From Deinococcales bacterium (lineage in GTDB: Bacteria; Deinococcota; Deinococci; Deinococcales; JAAFIG01), in contig JANNVX010000082.1 of assembly GCA_031414595.1 (NCBI GenBank), forward strand, positions 1-64,000: a stretch of DNA of 64,000 bases, read 5' to 3'. Below, piece after piece: positions 47,433-56,663 of the stretch. The stretch's first letter is position 1, and each line of letters begins with the position of its first letter. The notes beneath the pieces are model-generated. The model saw nothing but the letters and a program-made list of their open reading frames with translations, did no database searches and was not told where the DNA came from. Both the position numbers and the translations under genes were made by a program.

Positions 47433-49877
47433 CTATTTCTCCAGCAATACGCTTTTACTGGCAAAGGTTAGTCCACCAGATACGGCTACTGGTGCTGATG
47501 TACTTGTAGTGCTGTTATTCCCTATTTGTCCAACGTGATTATAACCCCAGCAATAAGCTATTCCTGTGCTGGTCACACCACACGTGTGATACCCACCTAT
47601 TGTGATGCTGGAGAAGATTAAGCTACCCGAAACGGCTATTGGTACTAAACTTGGCGTGGTGCTGTTATCACCCAGCCCACCTTCACGATTTCTTCCCCAA
47701 CAATAGGCTGTGCCTATGCTGGTCAAACCACACGTGCTGGCAATGCCAGTTGTAATGCTTGTGAAACTTTGATTACTACTAACAGCTGTTGGTATCAATC
47801 TGCTTGTGTTACTGTTGTCACCCAGTTGACCCTCGAGATTGCTGCCCCAGCAATAGGCTATGTTGGTTGTTGTAAGTCCACAAGTGTGATCATAATTAGT
47901 TGTAATGCTTGAGAAAGTAAGATTACTATTCACAGCTATTGGTGCTAATTTGGTTGTGACGCTGTTATCCCCAAGTTGCCCATAGGTGTTAATCCCCCAG
48001 CAATAGGCTTTCCCTGTACTGGTCAAACCACACGTGTGATCCCTGCCTGCTGTGATACTCGAGAAGGTTAGATTATTGGCAACAGCTACTGGAACAGAAC
48101 TGTTCGTGGTGCTGTTATCCCCAAGTTGCCCACCATTACCTCCCCAGCAATAGGCTTTCCCTGTACTGGTCAAACCACACGTGTGATTATAGCCTGCTGT
48201 AATGCTTGTGAAACTAAGATTACTACTGACAGATGTTGGTATTAATCTGCTTGTGGTGCTGCTATCGCCAAGTTCCCCAGAAACATTCCTTCCCCAGCAA
48301 TAGGCTTTCCCTGTACTGGTCAAACCACACGTGTGATTAAGACCTGCTGTAATGCTTATGAAACTAAGATTACTATTCACAAACGTTGGTGTTAATCTGG
48401 CTGTGGTGCTGTTATCACCCAGCTCACCCTCCAGATTTCCTCCCCAGCAATAAGTTCCTCCTGTTGTACTGAGTCCACAAGTATGAAAGCGATTAGCCGC
48501 AAATTTAATAGCAGGTATTGGTTTTGGATTGACAGTTATTGAAGCGGTATCTGAAACACCAGCCGCCGTAGCTTTAACACTGACATTTAAAATAGCAGAT
48601 ACGCTGCTTGGTGGCGTGTAATTTACGGATGTACCCGTGGTTGCACTTAAACTACCACTACCTGTGGCTGGCTCGAGGGTCCAATTGATCGTTTCAGTTG
48701 AATTTTCTAAGACTGCATTGAGTGGAATAGCAGTAGCTCCTGCTTGAAGGGTTTGTGTTTTTGGTGTTACCGAGATTTTTACAGTATTGATTGGAATTAT
48801 TAAAGAACTAAGCTCTTCTAAAATTGTCCCTGTAGTAATTTGGGGGTCACATCCTCCTGCAAATTTGCTTGCACTGTAATTTAGTTTGGGAAGTGTAGCT
48901 TGACCAAGCTTGTCTTTTTGTACGCTGATGGATAATTCTCCCTTTCCAGCCCTTAGAGGCGAACAGTATCTAATTGAATAAAAGCTGTTTCCTTGCTGAA
49001 GAAATGCCGTTGCAGCTTCGCCGAGTTTTGTGGATAATTCTGCAAAATCTTTGGCAAATATTGAACCATCTCTGCCTATTTCTATTAAGGCATTTTGGTC
49101 TATTTCAGTTCCAAGACCAACTGTTTGAATCAAAAAATTGCCTTTTAATTTAGAATTTATTTCTGAAAGCACTTGGGTTTTTGTAATTCGTCCAGCACGA
49201 TCTTTTCCATCTGTGAAGATTGTGATGTTACTGAGTAAACTATTTGAATTTAACGGAGTATTTATACTTTCTGATACCAATTTTTCTATACCTTGAACCG
49301 TTGCGCCATATAGATTTGTGGAACTGTCTTTTGAATCGGGGATAGCGTCTTTTAGTTTTAGTAAAATCGCGTCTTTACTGGTATTGAAATCTACCAGAGT
49401 CTTTATTTTGTCTTCACCGTCAAACCAAAATACACCGAGCTTTGCAAATGACGAACCAGAACTGTCAAAAATTTGAGATACATACTTTTCAACAGCGGCT
49501 CTGATGGTCGATAAACCATTTGGGTCGTCTCTGACACTACCACTTAAGTCTAAAAGTAGTAAATTTGAAGTACCGAAATTTTGACGGGCGGGATCGAATC
49601 CCACTTTACTCTCGCTTACCGAAAGCACATCATTGTTTTCTTTTAGAGTGAAGTTTGAAATTTCGAGTCCAGTAACCGCTTTGGGTTTTGGATCACATGT
49701 TTGTACTTTTACTAAAACTTGCACCAATGCAGGCGACCTGACCTGTCCTGCAATGAATTGAGGACATAAATTGGTCGGTGGAGTCACAGGAAGACATCCC
49801 ACTAGAAAGACACCGATGAAGCATAGTTGCAAAAGCCAAACTGCTAATTTATTTTCATGTGCTTCTAAATATCTCAC
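47433..49877 (-). CDS. Lipoprotein with vWA, Ig-like and RCC1-repeat domains
   Basis: LVGC lipobox; DLSGS and FTDG MIDAS; HTCGLTSTGKAYCWG.N..GQLGD repeats. Confidence 0.9.
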   Translation of the reverse strand: MRYLEAHENKLAVWLLQLCFIGVFLVGCLPVTPPTNLCPQFIAGQVRSPALVQVLVKVQTCDPKPKAVTGLEISNFTLKENNDVLSVSESKVGFDPARQNFGTSNLLLLDLSGSVRDDPNGLSTIRAAVEKYVSQIFDSSGSSFAKLGVFWFDGEDKIKTLVDFNTSKDAILLKLKDAIPDSKDSSTNLYGATVQGIEKLVSESINTPLNSNSLLSNITIFTDGKDRAGRITKTQVLSEINSKLKGNFLIQTVGLGTEIDQNALIEIGRDGSIFAKDFAELSTKLGEAATAFLQQGNSFYSIRYCSPLRAGKGELSISVQKDKLGQATLPKLNYSASKFAGGCDPQITTGTILEELSSLIIPINTVKISVTPKTQTLQAGATAIPLNAVLENSTETINWTLEPATGSGSLSATTGTSVNYTPPSSVSAILNVSVKATAAGVSDTASITVNPKPIPAIKFAANRFHTCGLSTTGGTYCWGGNLEGELGDNSTTARLTPTFVNSNLSFISITAGLNHTCGLTSTGKAYCWGRNVSGELGDSSTTSRLIPTSVSSNLSFTSITAGYNHTCGLTSTGKAYCWGGNGGQLGDNSTTNSSVPVAVANNLTFSSITAGRDHTCGLTSTGKAYCWGINTYGQLGDNSVTTKLAPIAVNSNLTFSSITTNYDHTCGLTTTNIAYCWGSNLEGQLGDNSNTSRLIPTAVSSNQSFTSITTGIASTCGLTSIGTAYCWGRNREGGLGDNSTTPSLVPIAVSGSLIFSSITIGGYHTCGVTSTGIAYCWGYNHVGQIGNNSTTSTSAPVAVSGGLTFASKSVLLEK

Positions 49878-50020
49878 TTTTGTTCTCCTTATACATCAGT
49901 CCTAACACTCATAAAATAAAATTTTTGGACTGGGATAGCTCATGCCATCAGAACCCTATTTCTTTAACCGTAATCAGACCTATCAGATTTTTCATATGTA
50001 CAAAATGTACAAAACCAACC

Positions 50021-50053
50021 CTGAAAAAACCGTGAAAAAAAGCTGAAAAAAAG
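50021..50053. promoter_or_regulatory. Three 11-bp tandem repeats (putative SARP-type sites)
   Basis: CTGAAAAAACC-GTGAAAAAAAG-CTGAAAAAAAG between the divergent genes. Confidence 0.5.
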
Positions 50054-50224
50054 TTAGATCAAAATGAGAGATTTTACAGACTCAGATTATTTTAGTTGTT
50101 TTTTACCAAGTTTTGTTTGAATAACACTATTTTAACTCATTAGTAATTATAGACTCAATTTGCCCCATTCGCGTATTTTTGTTGTCTGTGTCATACTGTT
50201 TGCATTCGGGGAGTGGTGAATTAA

Positions 50225-52129
50225 GTGCGTTATAATTTTTTTGGTTTTGATTATTTTAGTGTTGCGAACCTGCCAAGAAAAGCCTTTGCTTTACTGGCAT
50301 ACTTGGCACTCGAGGGTCGGGTTTTGAAGCGGCAAGTAGCGGGATTACTTTGGGTTGGTAAGCCCGATGCAGTCAATAATTTGGCTAAGTTACGAGCAGA
50401 AATCAATAAGGTTCTTGGTGCGGATGCAATTATCACCAACGGTAAGTTCTTGGCACTTGGGGCAATAGACTCAGATTTGCTCGAGTGGCGTTCGGCGGGT
50501 GCGGCGCGACGTTGGGAGTTGTACGCTGGTGAGTTGCTGCGTGGTTTTGCATTGCCTGAATGGTCGGTTGGGCGTGGTGAGGAATTTCAAGAGTGGCTCG
50601 AGGGGCAACGCAGGGGTTTTGCCTTGCAAAGAATCGAAGCTGGTTTGGATTTAGTCCTAGAAAAATTGGGTCGTTCCGAATTCGCTTCGGCTTTACCGTA
50701 CCTGAGTGTCTTGGCGACTGATCGTTTTGATCCTCGAGAAGTGGCGTTGCGTTGGTGGTTGTTGGTTCTTGGGGTGCTTGGGAAAACAGATTCGTTGCAT
50801 GGGAATTTCAGGGCAGGGAAAGCAGCTTTGGAACTAATTGGCGAAGTGGTTTCGGCTCGGACGCTGGCAGCTTATGATTTGGCAATGGCTAAGAACACCA
50901 AAGCGTGTTTGCAGCTTCTGCAATCAGAATTAAGTTCACTTAGCCAGAAGCAGCCTTTGCCTAGCAAAGTTTTATTTGGTCGTGAAACCGAATGCAAACG
51001 CATGGAAGCCGCATGGACGGCGGGTCAAATTATTCTTATTTCAGGTGTTTCAGGGGTTGGTAAAACCCATTTGGCGCTCGAGTTCGCTCAGTCCAAAGGC
51101 AATGTTTGGCGGTTTCCGGGTCGTCCGAGTGACCAATTTGTACCGTATGCTTTGCACGCTCGTAATTATGGTTGGGTGTTTCAAAAATTCCCTGATTTTT
51201 CTGTACCAGATTGGGTTCGTCTCGAGATGTCGCGTTTAATTCCTAATCTTGGTGGTGTGCCAGCGCCGATGGTCACACCCGAGGACAAATTGCGTTTTTT
51301 TGAAGCTCAAGCCGAAACGTTTGTTTTAGCATGTCAGCAATTGCAATTTGCCACAATGTTCATAGACGATGCACAGTTTACCGATGAAGCTTCAGCGCAA
51401 GCTGGAATGTACCTTCATTCAAAGATGCTGCCGTACCAAGATGGTTTCGCACGAACCATTTTTGCGTTTAGAGCAGGTGGTTTTGCGCCGCAGATCGAAC
51501 AGAGCTTACGGGCTTGGGTTGACCAGGGAATTGCCATTTGGATTGATCTCGAACCACTTTCCGAGGCGGCTGTCGGGCAGTGCTTAGCAGCAATTTCACC
51601 AAAACTCGAGCCACTACACAAATCAATTATGGCGTACACAGGTGGGAATCCAATGCTGGTCACAGAGACTGCTCGGTGGTTACTCGAGCAGGATGATTTT
51701 ACGAGTCTGAGTTTGCCTCGGAGTCAACGGGCTGCCAGTTTAACCCAAGCTCGTTTGTTGCCATTATCCGAGGATGCGTTGTTGTTGTTGCGTTTAGCCG
51801 CAATTATGGATGGGTATTTTGATTTAGAGGCAGCCCAAAGGGTTTTGGGTTGGTCAACAAGCAAATTGCAAAGCCAAGTGCAGATTCTCGAGCAAGCTCA
51901 TTTGTTACAAGCCAATCAGTTCACTCATGATCTGATTCTCGAAGCGGTTTTGAACAGTATTCCAGCCGAAATTCTGGTTTCTTTGCATGGCTTGGCATTG
52001 CAGATTCTGGAGTTACAAGGTGCTTTGGCTGCCAAGTTGCTGATTCATGCACAAGCGGCTGGGCATATGGTGGCAATTCAAAAATACTTACCTCAAGCCG
52101 ATGCCGAAGCTAGAGCATTAATGGTTTAG
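50225..52129 (+). CDS. SARP-like wHTH/BTAD plus AAA ATPase regulator lacking a C-terminal TPR region
   Basis: LLAYLALEG..AGLLW; FGRETE, GVSGVGKT, FIDDAQF, TGGNP, FTHDLI. Confidence 0.85.
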   Translation: MRYNFFGFDYFSVANLPRKAFALLAYLALEGRVLKRQVAGLLWVGKPDAVNNLAKLRAEINKVLGADAIITNGKFLALGAIDSDLLEWRSAGAARRWELYAGELLRGFALPEWSVGRGEEFQEWLEGQRRGFALQRIEAGLDLVLEKLGRSEFASALPYLSVLATDRFDPREVALRWWLLVLGVLGKTDSLHGNFRAGKAALELIGEVVSARTLAAYDLAMAKNTKACLQLLQSELSSLSQKQPLPSKVLFGRETECKRMEAAWTAGQIILISGVSGVGKTHLALEFAQSKGNVWRFPGRPSDQFVPYALHARNYGWVFQKFPDFSVPDWVRLEMSRLIPNLGGVPAPMVTPEDKLRFFEAQAETFVLACQQLQFATMFIDDAQFTDEASAQAGMYLHSKMLPYQDGFARTIFAFRAGGFAPQIEQSLRAWVDQGIAIWIDLEPLSEAAVGQCLAAISPKLEPLHKSIMAYTGGNPMLVTETARWLLEQDDFTSLSLPRSQRAASLTQARLLPLSEDALLLLRLAAIMDGYFDLEAAQRVLGWSTSKLQSQVQILEQAHLLQANQFTHDLILEAVLNSIPAEILVSLHGLALQILELQGALAAKLLIHAQAAGHMVAIQKYLPQADAEARALMV

Positions 52130-52235
52130 TTTTTTACTCGAGTGGTACAAGTAATTGGTTCAGGTCGTCTTGAGTAAGGGCTACAGCGCTGCTCAAACCC
52201 CCCTCGAGAATTCCTTTGCCTTGAAGTGATTTGAT

Positions 52236-52394
52236 CTATTGCCTAGGTCGTTGCAAGGCTCGAGCCAAACGCACTGCCATCACCGCCGTAAAAAAGATAG
52301 TCATGATAACTGCCCAAGCTGGAAAATGGAGCATTGAAGCAATGTGATGCCCATAAATCCCAGCACATAAGAAAATCACAGGATAAAGCACCAT
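52236..52394 (-). CDS. Small membrane protein (52 aa), similar to the C-terminal half of 52863-53207
   Basis: Own translation MVLYPVIFLCAGIYGHHIASMLHFPAWAVIM..; TGATG overlap with the upstream gene. Confidence 0.55.
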   Translation of the reverse strand: MVLYPVIFLCAGIYGHHIASMLHFPAWAVIMTIFFTAVMAVRLARALQRPRQ

Positions 52395-52789
52395 CAGCCG
52401 TTTCGACTGGTCAGCCCAAACACATGAATCGGTGGTTTCTTACCCATGCTCTTATAATCCTCTTCAATTTGTTCTCGAGCAATGATTTGACGTTTAATAC
52501 CACTTGGTTGTAACTTCGTCATCCATAAATCAAGTGCATCATCTGGTTCTTCTTTATAAACCTCGAGTAGATCAGGTTCGGTTGGAGTTGTTTTATACCA
52601 ATTGATGTAGCGGTTTAGGCGTTGTAAATGCTGTTCTGGACTTTGACTCGAGGCGATTAGACCCAGCATCTGTGATTCCTCGAGCATCAGTGTTCCAGAT
52701 TCCTCTGTTTTCAAGAGTTGTAAGAGTTTACTGGTGTATTCACGCCAGACAGTGTTGAGTTCTCGTTTCTCACGGTTTCTTTTGCTCAT
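52394..52789 (-). CDS. Hypothetical protein
   Basis: GAGGAG RBS; part of a minus-strand operon. Confidence 0.7.
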   Translation of the reverse strand: MSKRNREKRELNTVWREYTSKLLQLLKTEESGTLMLEESQMLGLIASSQSPEQHLQRLNRYINWYKTTPTEPDLLEVYKEEPDDALDLWMTKLQPSGIKRQIIAREQIEEDYKSMGKKPPIHVFGLTSRNG

Positions 52790-52862
52790 AAAATTTGCTC
52801 CTCTTGTACTTCAATTAGATTGCTTAGTGATTCGTGCCTAACGACTTTTTAGGGGTTGAAGA

Positions 52863-53207
52863 TTACCGAATTTTCTTTTGTACCCAATAGCAACAAGTGC
52901 TGATGGCGATACCCACCACCAAAATGACTGCCCAAATTGGCAATCGTAGAATGATCGCAAAGCTGTACAAATAAATTCCGACACAAAGTGTCAAAGACCA
53001 GTGCAATGGGATTTTGGCGAAGAAGTGTAGAAACGCATCAAGGTCATGCCCATAGCGCTTCTCGAGTGAGAATAGGACAATGGCAAAGACCATCAGGCTT
53101 GAGACGATACAAAGCCCAATCGAGGCATTGAAATGCACCAGCACCCTTATGGTCAAACCTCCAGCCAGAACTGCAAAAACAAGCAACTCGAGGTGAACAC
53201 TTTTCAT
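52863..53207 (-). CDS. Small multi-pass membrane protein
   Basis: About four hydrophobic segments; ATGA coupling. Confidence 0.65.
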   Translation of the reverse strand: MKSVHLELLVFAVLAGGLTIRVLVHFNASIGLCIVSSLMVFAIVLFSLEKRYGHDLDAFLHFFAKIPLHWSLTLCVGIYLYSFAIILRLPIWAVILVVGIAISTCCYWVQKKIR

Positions 53208-53557
53208 GGTGTCTCCAAGTTCGACTTGCCAAAAAACCGAGTATTCAGTTGTTCTCGTAACCGATGATTCTCAAGGGTGAGTTTGCCAAGTAAGCGCTCG
53301 AGCAGGATTTCTTGGGCTTTTGACCGCTCGAGTTGTTTTTGAAGATTCAAATTTTCAGTCTCGAGTAAACCAGATTGTTGTTCTGAACTTATAAAAGCAT
53401 CATTTCCAAAGCGTTCGTACAAAGCTCGCCAAGAAAATAAGGTTGAGGCTAGGATTTTATGTTCTCGAGCCACAGCACTAGGTCGTTTGTGTTGTTCGAT
53501 GACTTCCTTGACCATTCGTAACTTAAATTCAGGGGTGTATAACTTCCGATTTTTCAT
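53204..53557 (-). CDS. IS3 OrfA-like HTH/coiled-coil protein without OrfB
   Basis: RKLYTPEFKLRMV..VAREHKI..TLFSWR..LERLLGKLTLEN. Confidence 0.75.
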   Translation of the reverse strand: MKNRKLYTPEFKLRMVKEVIEQHKRPSAVAREHKILASTLFSWRALYERFGNDAFISSEQQSGLLETENLNLQKQLERSKAQEILLERLLGKLTLENHRLREQLNTRFFGKSNLETP

Positions 53558-54024
53558 GTTCTAGTCCTTACAGTAAACATGATTTGGTGAATCACAGTAT
53601 CTTCTGTGTCTCGAGGAAGCTCAGTAAGCTCCAAGTGATGCTCGTGATTTAGAGTAAAAGCTATGGTGATTCGGCTTTTGGTTAAAGTCCAGCTACCCGC
53701 ATTTACAGCACTTGATTCAAGAACTTGTAAAAAGGTGGTTAGAGCATTCTCGAGGGTCGTCATAAATTGGGGGATTGGTGTTCTAAAAGCCTGAACAGTA
53801 AAACTTTGGCTATCTACTGAAAATTCAATGTGTACAAGCTCTTCCTTGGTGGTTACGCTGGTTGCAAGGTTTAGTTCGCTTGCTTTGCGGGTTTTGCTTG
53901 CTTTATCGAGATAGAATGCCCATGTCACTTGGGTAATCTGGATTCTTGTGCCTAAAAGGTTATAGGTGTGCGCTAGATTGAAGGTGCTTTGTACCGCACC
54001 AAGGTAATCAATGGGTCGGTTCAT
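53554..54024 (-). CDS. Hypothetical protein
   Basis: Coupled in the operon; start set at MNRPID. Confidence 0.6.
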   Translation of the reverse strand: MNRPIDYLGAVQSTFNLAHTYNLLGTRIQITQVTWAFYLDKASKTRKASELNLATSVTTKEELVHIEFSVDSQSFTVQAFRTPIPQFMTTLENALTTFLQVLESSAVNAGSWTLTKSRITIAFTLNHEHHLELTELPRDTEDTVIHQIMFTVRTRT

Positions 54025-54091
54025 TCTTGTACCCATAGAACAAACTCGAGGGTCATTGAAGTCTTTCTCTTTTTGCCTGTTTGAAGCCCAG

Positions 54092-54679
54092 TCATGATTT
54101 TCTCCATTCGGTGGTTGCAAGTTCTATTTCCCTTTGTGGTTTTGCTGGAATCATCAATTCGATTGGCTCGAGAGCATGGGCTTGTAACTGCTTTCCTAGT
54201 AATCCACCACTGATTTTGACGCACTGATGCAATTGACTCGAGAACCATTGTGCGTTGGTCACACGAAAAGTCACTCGAAATGAAGGCTGACGATTTTGCT
54301 CAGGGAAGACTTTTATGGTCATCAATTGCTTACTTGGATCGAGACGAACAATCTCACCAGCAGCACTCCAAATGGTGCTGGTATCCATTTGTTGATCTGA
54401 AGGACGGATTCTGCGGAGCATCACAGGTTCAATCAAGTACCCAGCTTTATTAGTCCGAAAATGCAAGCTGGCACGATAACTGCCTTGGCTCGAGCCGAGT
54501 TGTCTTAGGGCTTCGACTGTGATTTGAGCGCGTACTCTAAGCCCAGATGCCAAGGTTAGGTGAACAAGATTACCTTTGCCCGAATCTACAATTTGGGCGT
54601 TCAGGAGTAGAAAGGCATGGAAACGCAATCCGACCTCGAGTGGAAGGGATGGTTCTTGGATTGGACTGGTTTGGTTCAT
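54092..54679 (-). CDS. Hypothetical beta-rich protein, first gene of the operon
   Basis: GAGGAG RBS before ATG 54679. Confidence 0.65.
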   Translation of the reverse strand: MNQTSPIQEPSLPLEVGLRFHAFLLLNAQIVDSGKGNLVHLTLASGLRVRAQITVEALRQLGSSQGSYRASLHFRTNKAGYLIEPVMLRRIRPSDQQMDTSTIWSAAGEIVRLDPSKQLMTIKVFPEQNRQPSFRVTFRVTNAQWFSSQLHQCVKISGGLLGKQLQAHALEPIELMIPAKPQREIELATTEWRKS

Positions 54680-54915
54680 TGGTGTTTCTCCTCGCAACAA
54701 TAAGAACAGCGCCATGCAAAGCCCATTGGGAGGGGCGGCGCGGAGCGCTGGAGGAAACAACAATGCCTTATGGCGGTTTGGTACATATTAACTGATTTCA
54801 AAGCGGATTTGCACTTGTGGTGACCAAAGGTAGAGTTTTGGTTGGGTTCACGCAATGCAGTTTATTACTACCACAGTAGACAATGCAATTGGGTTAGACC
54901 AAGTAGCTTCAAGAC

Positions 54916-55152
54916 ATGCCCGCTCGAGTTAAATGGAACATCAAACCACTACTCGAGAAAAACAACATCAGTCCATACATGCTGGCAGAACAAGCTGATT
55001 TGCACCGAGCCACGGTGTACGAGGATATTCTTAAATCTCGAGGGAGTGGACTGAAATTTGAGGTTTTAGGGCGAATACTCTCGGCGCTTGAGGTGCTGCT
55101 CGAGCGAAAAGTGGGTCTCGAGGAGATACTCGAGGTTCAATGGGAAGAATAA
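54916..55152 (+). CDS. Cro/XRE-family HTH regulator
   Basis: LLEKNNISPYMLAEQADLHRATVY..LGRILSAL. Confidence 0.85.
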   Translation: MPARVKWNIKPLLEKNNISPYMLAEQADLHRATVYEDILKSRGSGLKFEVLGRILSALEVLLERKVGLEEILEVQWEE

Positions 55153-55350
55153 TCCTAGAAGCCCATTAAACACGTTTGATAATCCCGTAATTTTTGAGTT
55201 CATGTCAAACAGTTTGCTCTAAGGGATTTTGGTCAGATGCGATTTGGACGGTGCTTAAGCACAATCAAGACTATTTTTTGTAGTGCCATAAGTATTTATG
55301 CAAATCATCATTGGCTTGTCCAATGTTCGATATATGCTTAGAATCATCAA

Positions 55351-55791
55351 ATGGCAAGACCAAAAAATGCACCGCCTAACCAACGAATTCGTTTCACACA
55401 CAACAACCGTGAAACGATCATTTCGTTTGCTTCATTGGGGCAACTGCTTCGGGCAGCGCGTAAATCAAAACAACACACCGCAGAACAAACTGCCACTGCG
55501 ATCAGTCCGCAAAAGATCATGAACCGTGCAACCCTCTCGAGGCTCGAGACAGGTCAGTTAATGCCTAATTTAGCAACAGCACAAAAAATTTTGCAGTATG
55601 TATATGGGAATGTTTATATCTTTCCAGATGATCCTCTTGACTATCAGCCCAAGAGTGCGGCTGCATTATTTCAAAATGTACTTGAACATATGACCGAACT
55701 AGACCCAACTGATCGTGAAACCATTTTTCAAGTGTATAGCGCTTTAGCCGAAGCTCGAGATACGATTCGTAAAAAAAAGGGAGTCAAATGA
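55351..55791 (+). CDS. XRE-family HTH protein
   Basis: LGQLLRAARK..RATLSRLETG..PNL; TAGAAT 6 nt before ATG. Confidence 0.85.
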   Translation: MARPKNAPPNQRIRFTHNNRETIISFASLGQLLRAARKSKQHTAEQTATAISPQKIMNRATLSRLETGQLMPNLATAQKILQYVYGNVYIFPDDPLDYQPKSAAALFQNVLEHMTELDPTDRETIFQVYSALAEARDTIRKKKGVK

Positions 55792-56189
55792 AAACCATAC
55801 TAATCGCAACCCTTGGAGGATCGTATAAAACTGTGGTCAACGCAGTGATTCAACATAACCCAGAATTTCTTTGGATTGTATGTACACCCCAAAGCGAAAA
55901 TAAAATTTCAGATATTGAGGCAGAACTGAAAAAACAAGCCATACCAATGCCGCCATTACTGGGTAAAACACTTGTGATACACGATGACCTTAGTCATATT
56001 TTTAAGCAGGTAAAACATTTACTCAATCAACTTAACAAAGACTACGTTGTGACTTTTGATTTAACTGGTGGAACTGTGCCAATGAGTTTAGGCGCGTGGG
56101 AAGCCAGCAGCTACTTCACAGACGTAATTATTTCTTGGGTTGACAACACTGAACCACCTAAAACCCATATCCTTAATCGCCCTACTTAA
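55788..56189 (+). CDS. Stand-alone CARF-domain protein
   Basis: ILIATLGGS (motif I), P..L.IVCTPQS, FDLTGGTVPMS (motif II); near a type III operon. Confidence 0.8.
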   Translation: MKTILIATLGGSYKTVVNAVIQHNPEFLWIVCTPQSENKISDIEAELKKQAIPMPPLLGKTLVIHDDLSHIFKQVKHLLNQLNKDYVVTFDLTGGTVPMSLGAWEASSYFTDVIISWVDNTEPPKTHILNRPT

Positions 56190-56323
56190 GAATAAACATT
56201 GTCCTAAAAAAGATTTGCAGATATAATTTTATTTTATTAGTTATTTAATGCGTCTGAAAAGTATTAAATAGCTATTGGAAACTCACAAAACAAAACATTT
56301 ACATTAACATACTACGCCAAATA

Positions 56324-56357
56324 GCGCTATAGATGCGCTATTTTCGTATGCTACCAT
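56324..56357 (+). promoter_or_regulatory. Putative promoter of the peptide gene with 11-bp-spaced repeats
   Basis: GCGCTAT at 56324 and 56335; TG-n-TACCAT extended -10 at 56349-57. Confidence 0.5.
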
Positions 56358-56485
56358 TACTGCACGTTCGAGCCAAGCTCGAGGAAAGGAGACACTGTAG
56401 AAAGCCCTTCAACAACTCGCTAGGCGCGGCTCATCCGCCAAGAATCCACCGCGCCCATTCATATCCACCTGTCTAGGAGGACATC

Positions 56486-56617
56486 ATGGATTATATTCAA
56501 AAATTCACCCGCCGTGCCATCGCCCTGATTTTTGCTGTTTTTGCTCTTGGTTTTGCTGTTTTACCAAGTAGCATTGCCCATGCGGAGGATGGTGGAAAAG
56601 TCAACACAGGCGGTTAA
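56486..56617 (+). CDS. Secreted propeptide, 43 aa (signal peptide plus predicted mature EDGGKVNTGG)
   Basis: AGGAGG 5 nt before ATG; MDYIQKFTRRAIALIFAVFALGFAVLPSSIAHA|EDGGKVNTGG; A-x-A cleavage motif; hairpin follows. Confidence 0.85.
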   Translation: MDYIQKFTRRAIALIFAVFALGFAVLPSSIAHAEDGGKVNTGG

Positions 56618-56627
56618 ACCCTCTTTC

Positions 56628-56646
56628 GGGGCGGCATGTCCGCCCC
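56628..56646 (+). terminator. GC-rich hairpin after the propeptide gene
   Basis: GGGGCGG-CATGT-CCGCCCC; no strong U-tract. Confidence 0.5.
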
Positions 56647-56663
56647 CAATGTTAGACTAACCC

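Noticed and set aside
44600-48500. Regular DNA repeats as a CRISPR array or DGR template
   Set aside because: They are in-frame WD40 (126 bp) and RCC1 (about 150 bp) coding repeats with no unique spacers, and no reverse transcriptase is present.
53204-53557. Intact IS3 element
   Set aside because: No OrfB integrase or terminal inverted repeats seen.
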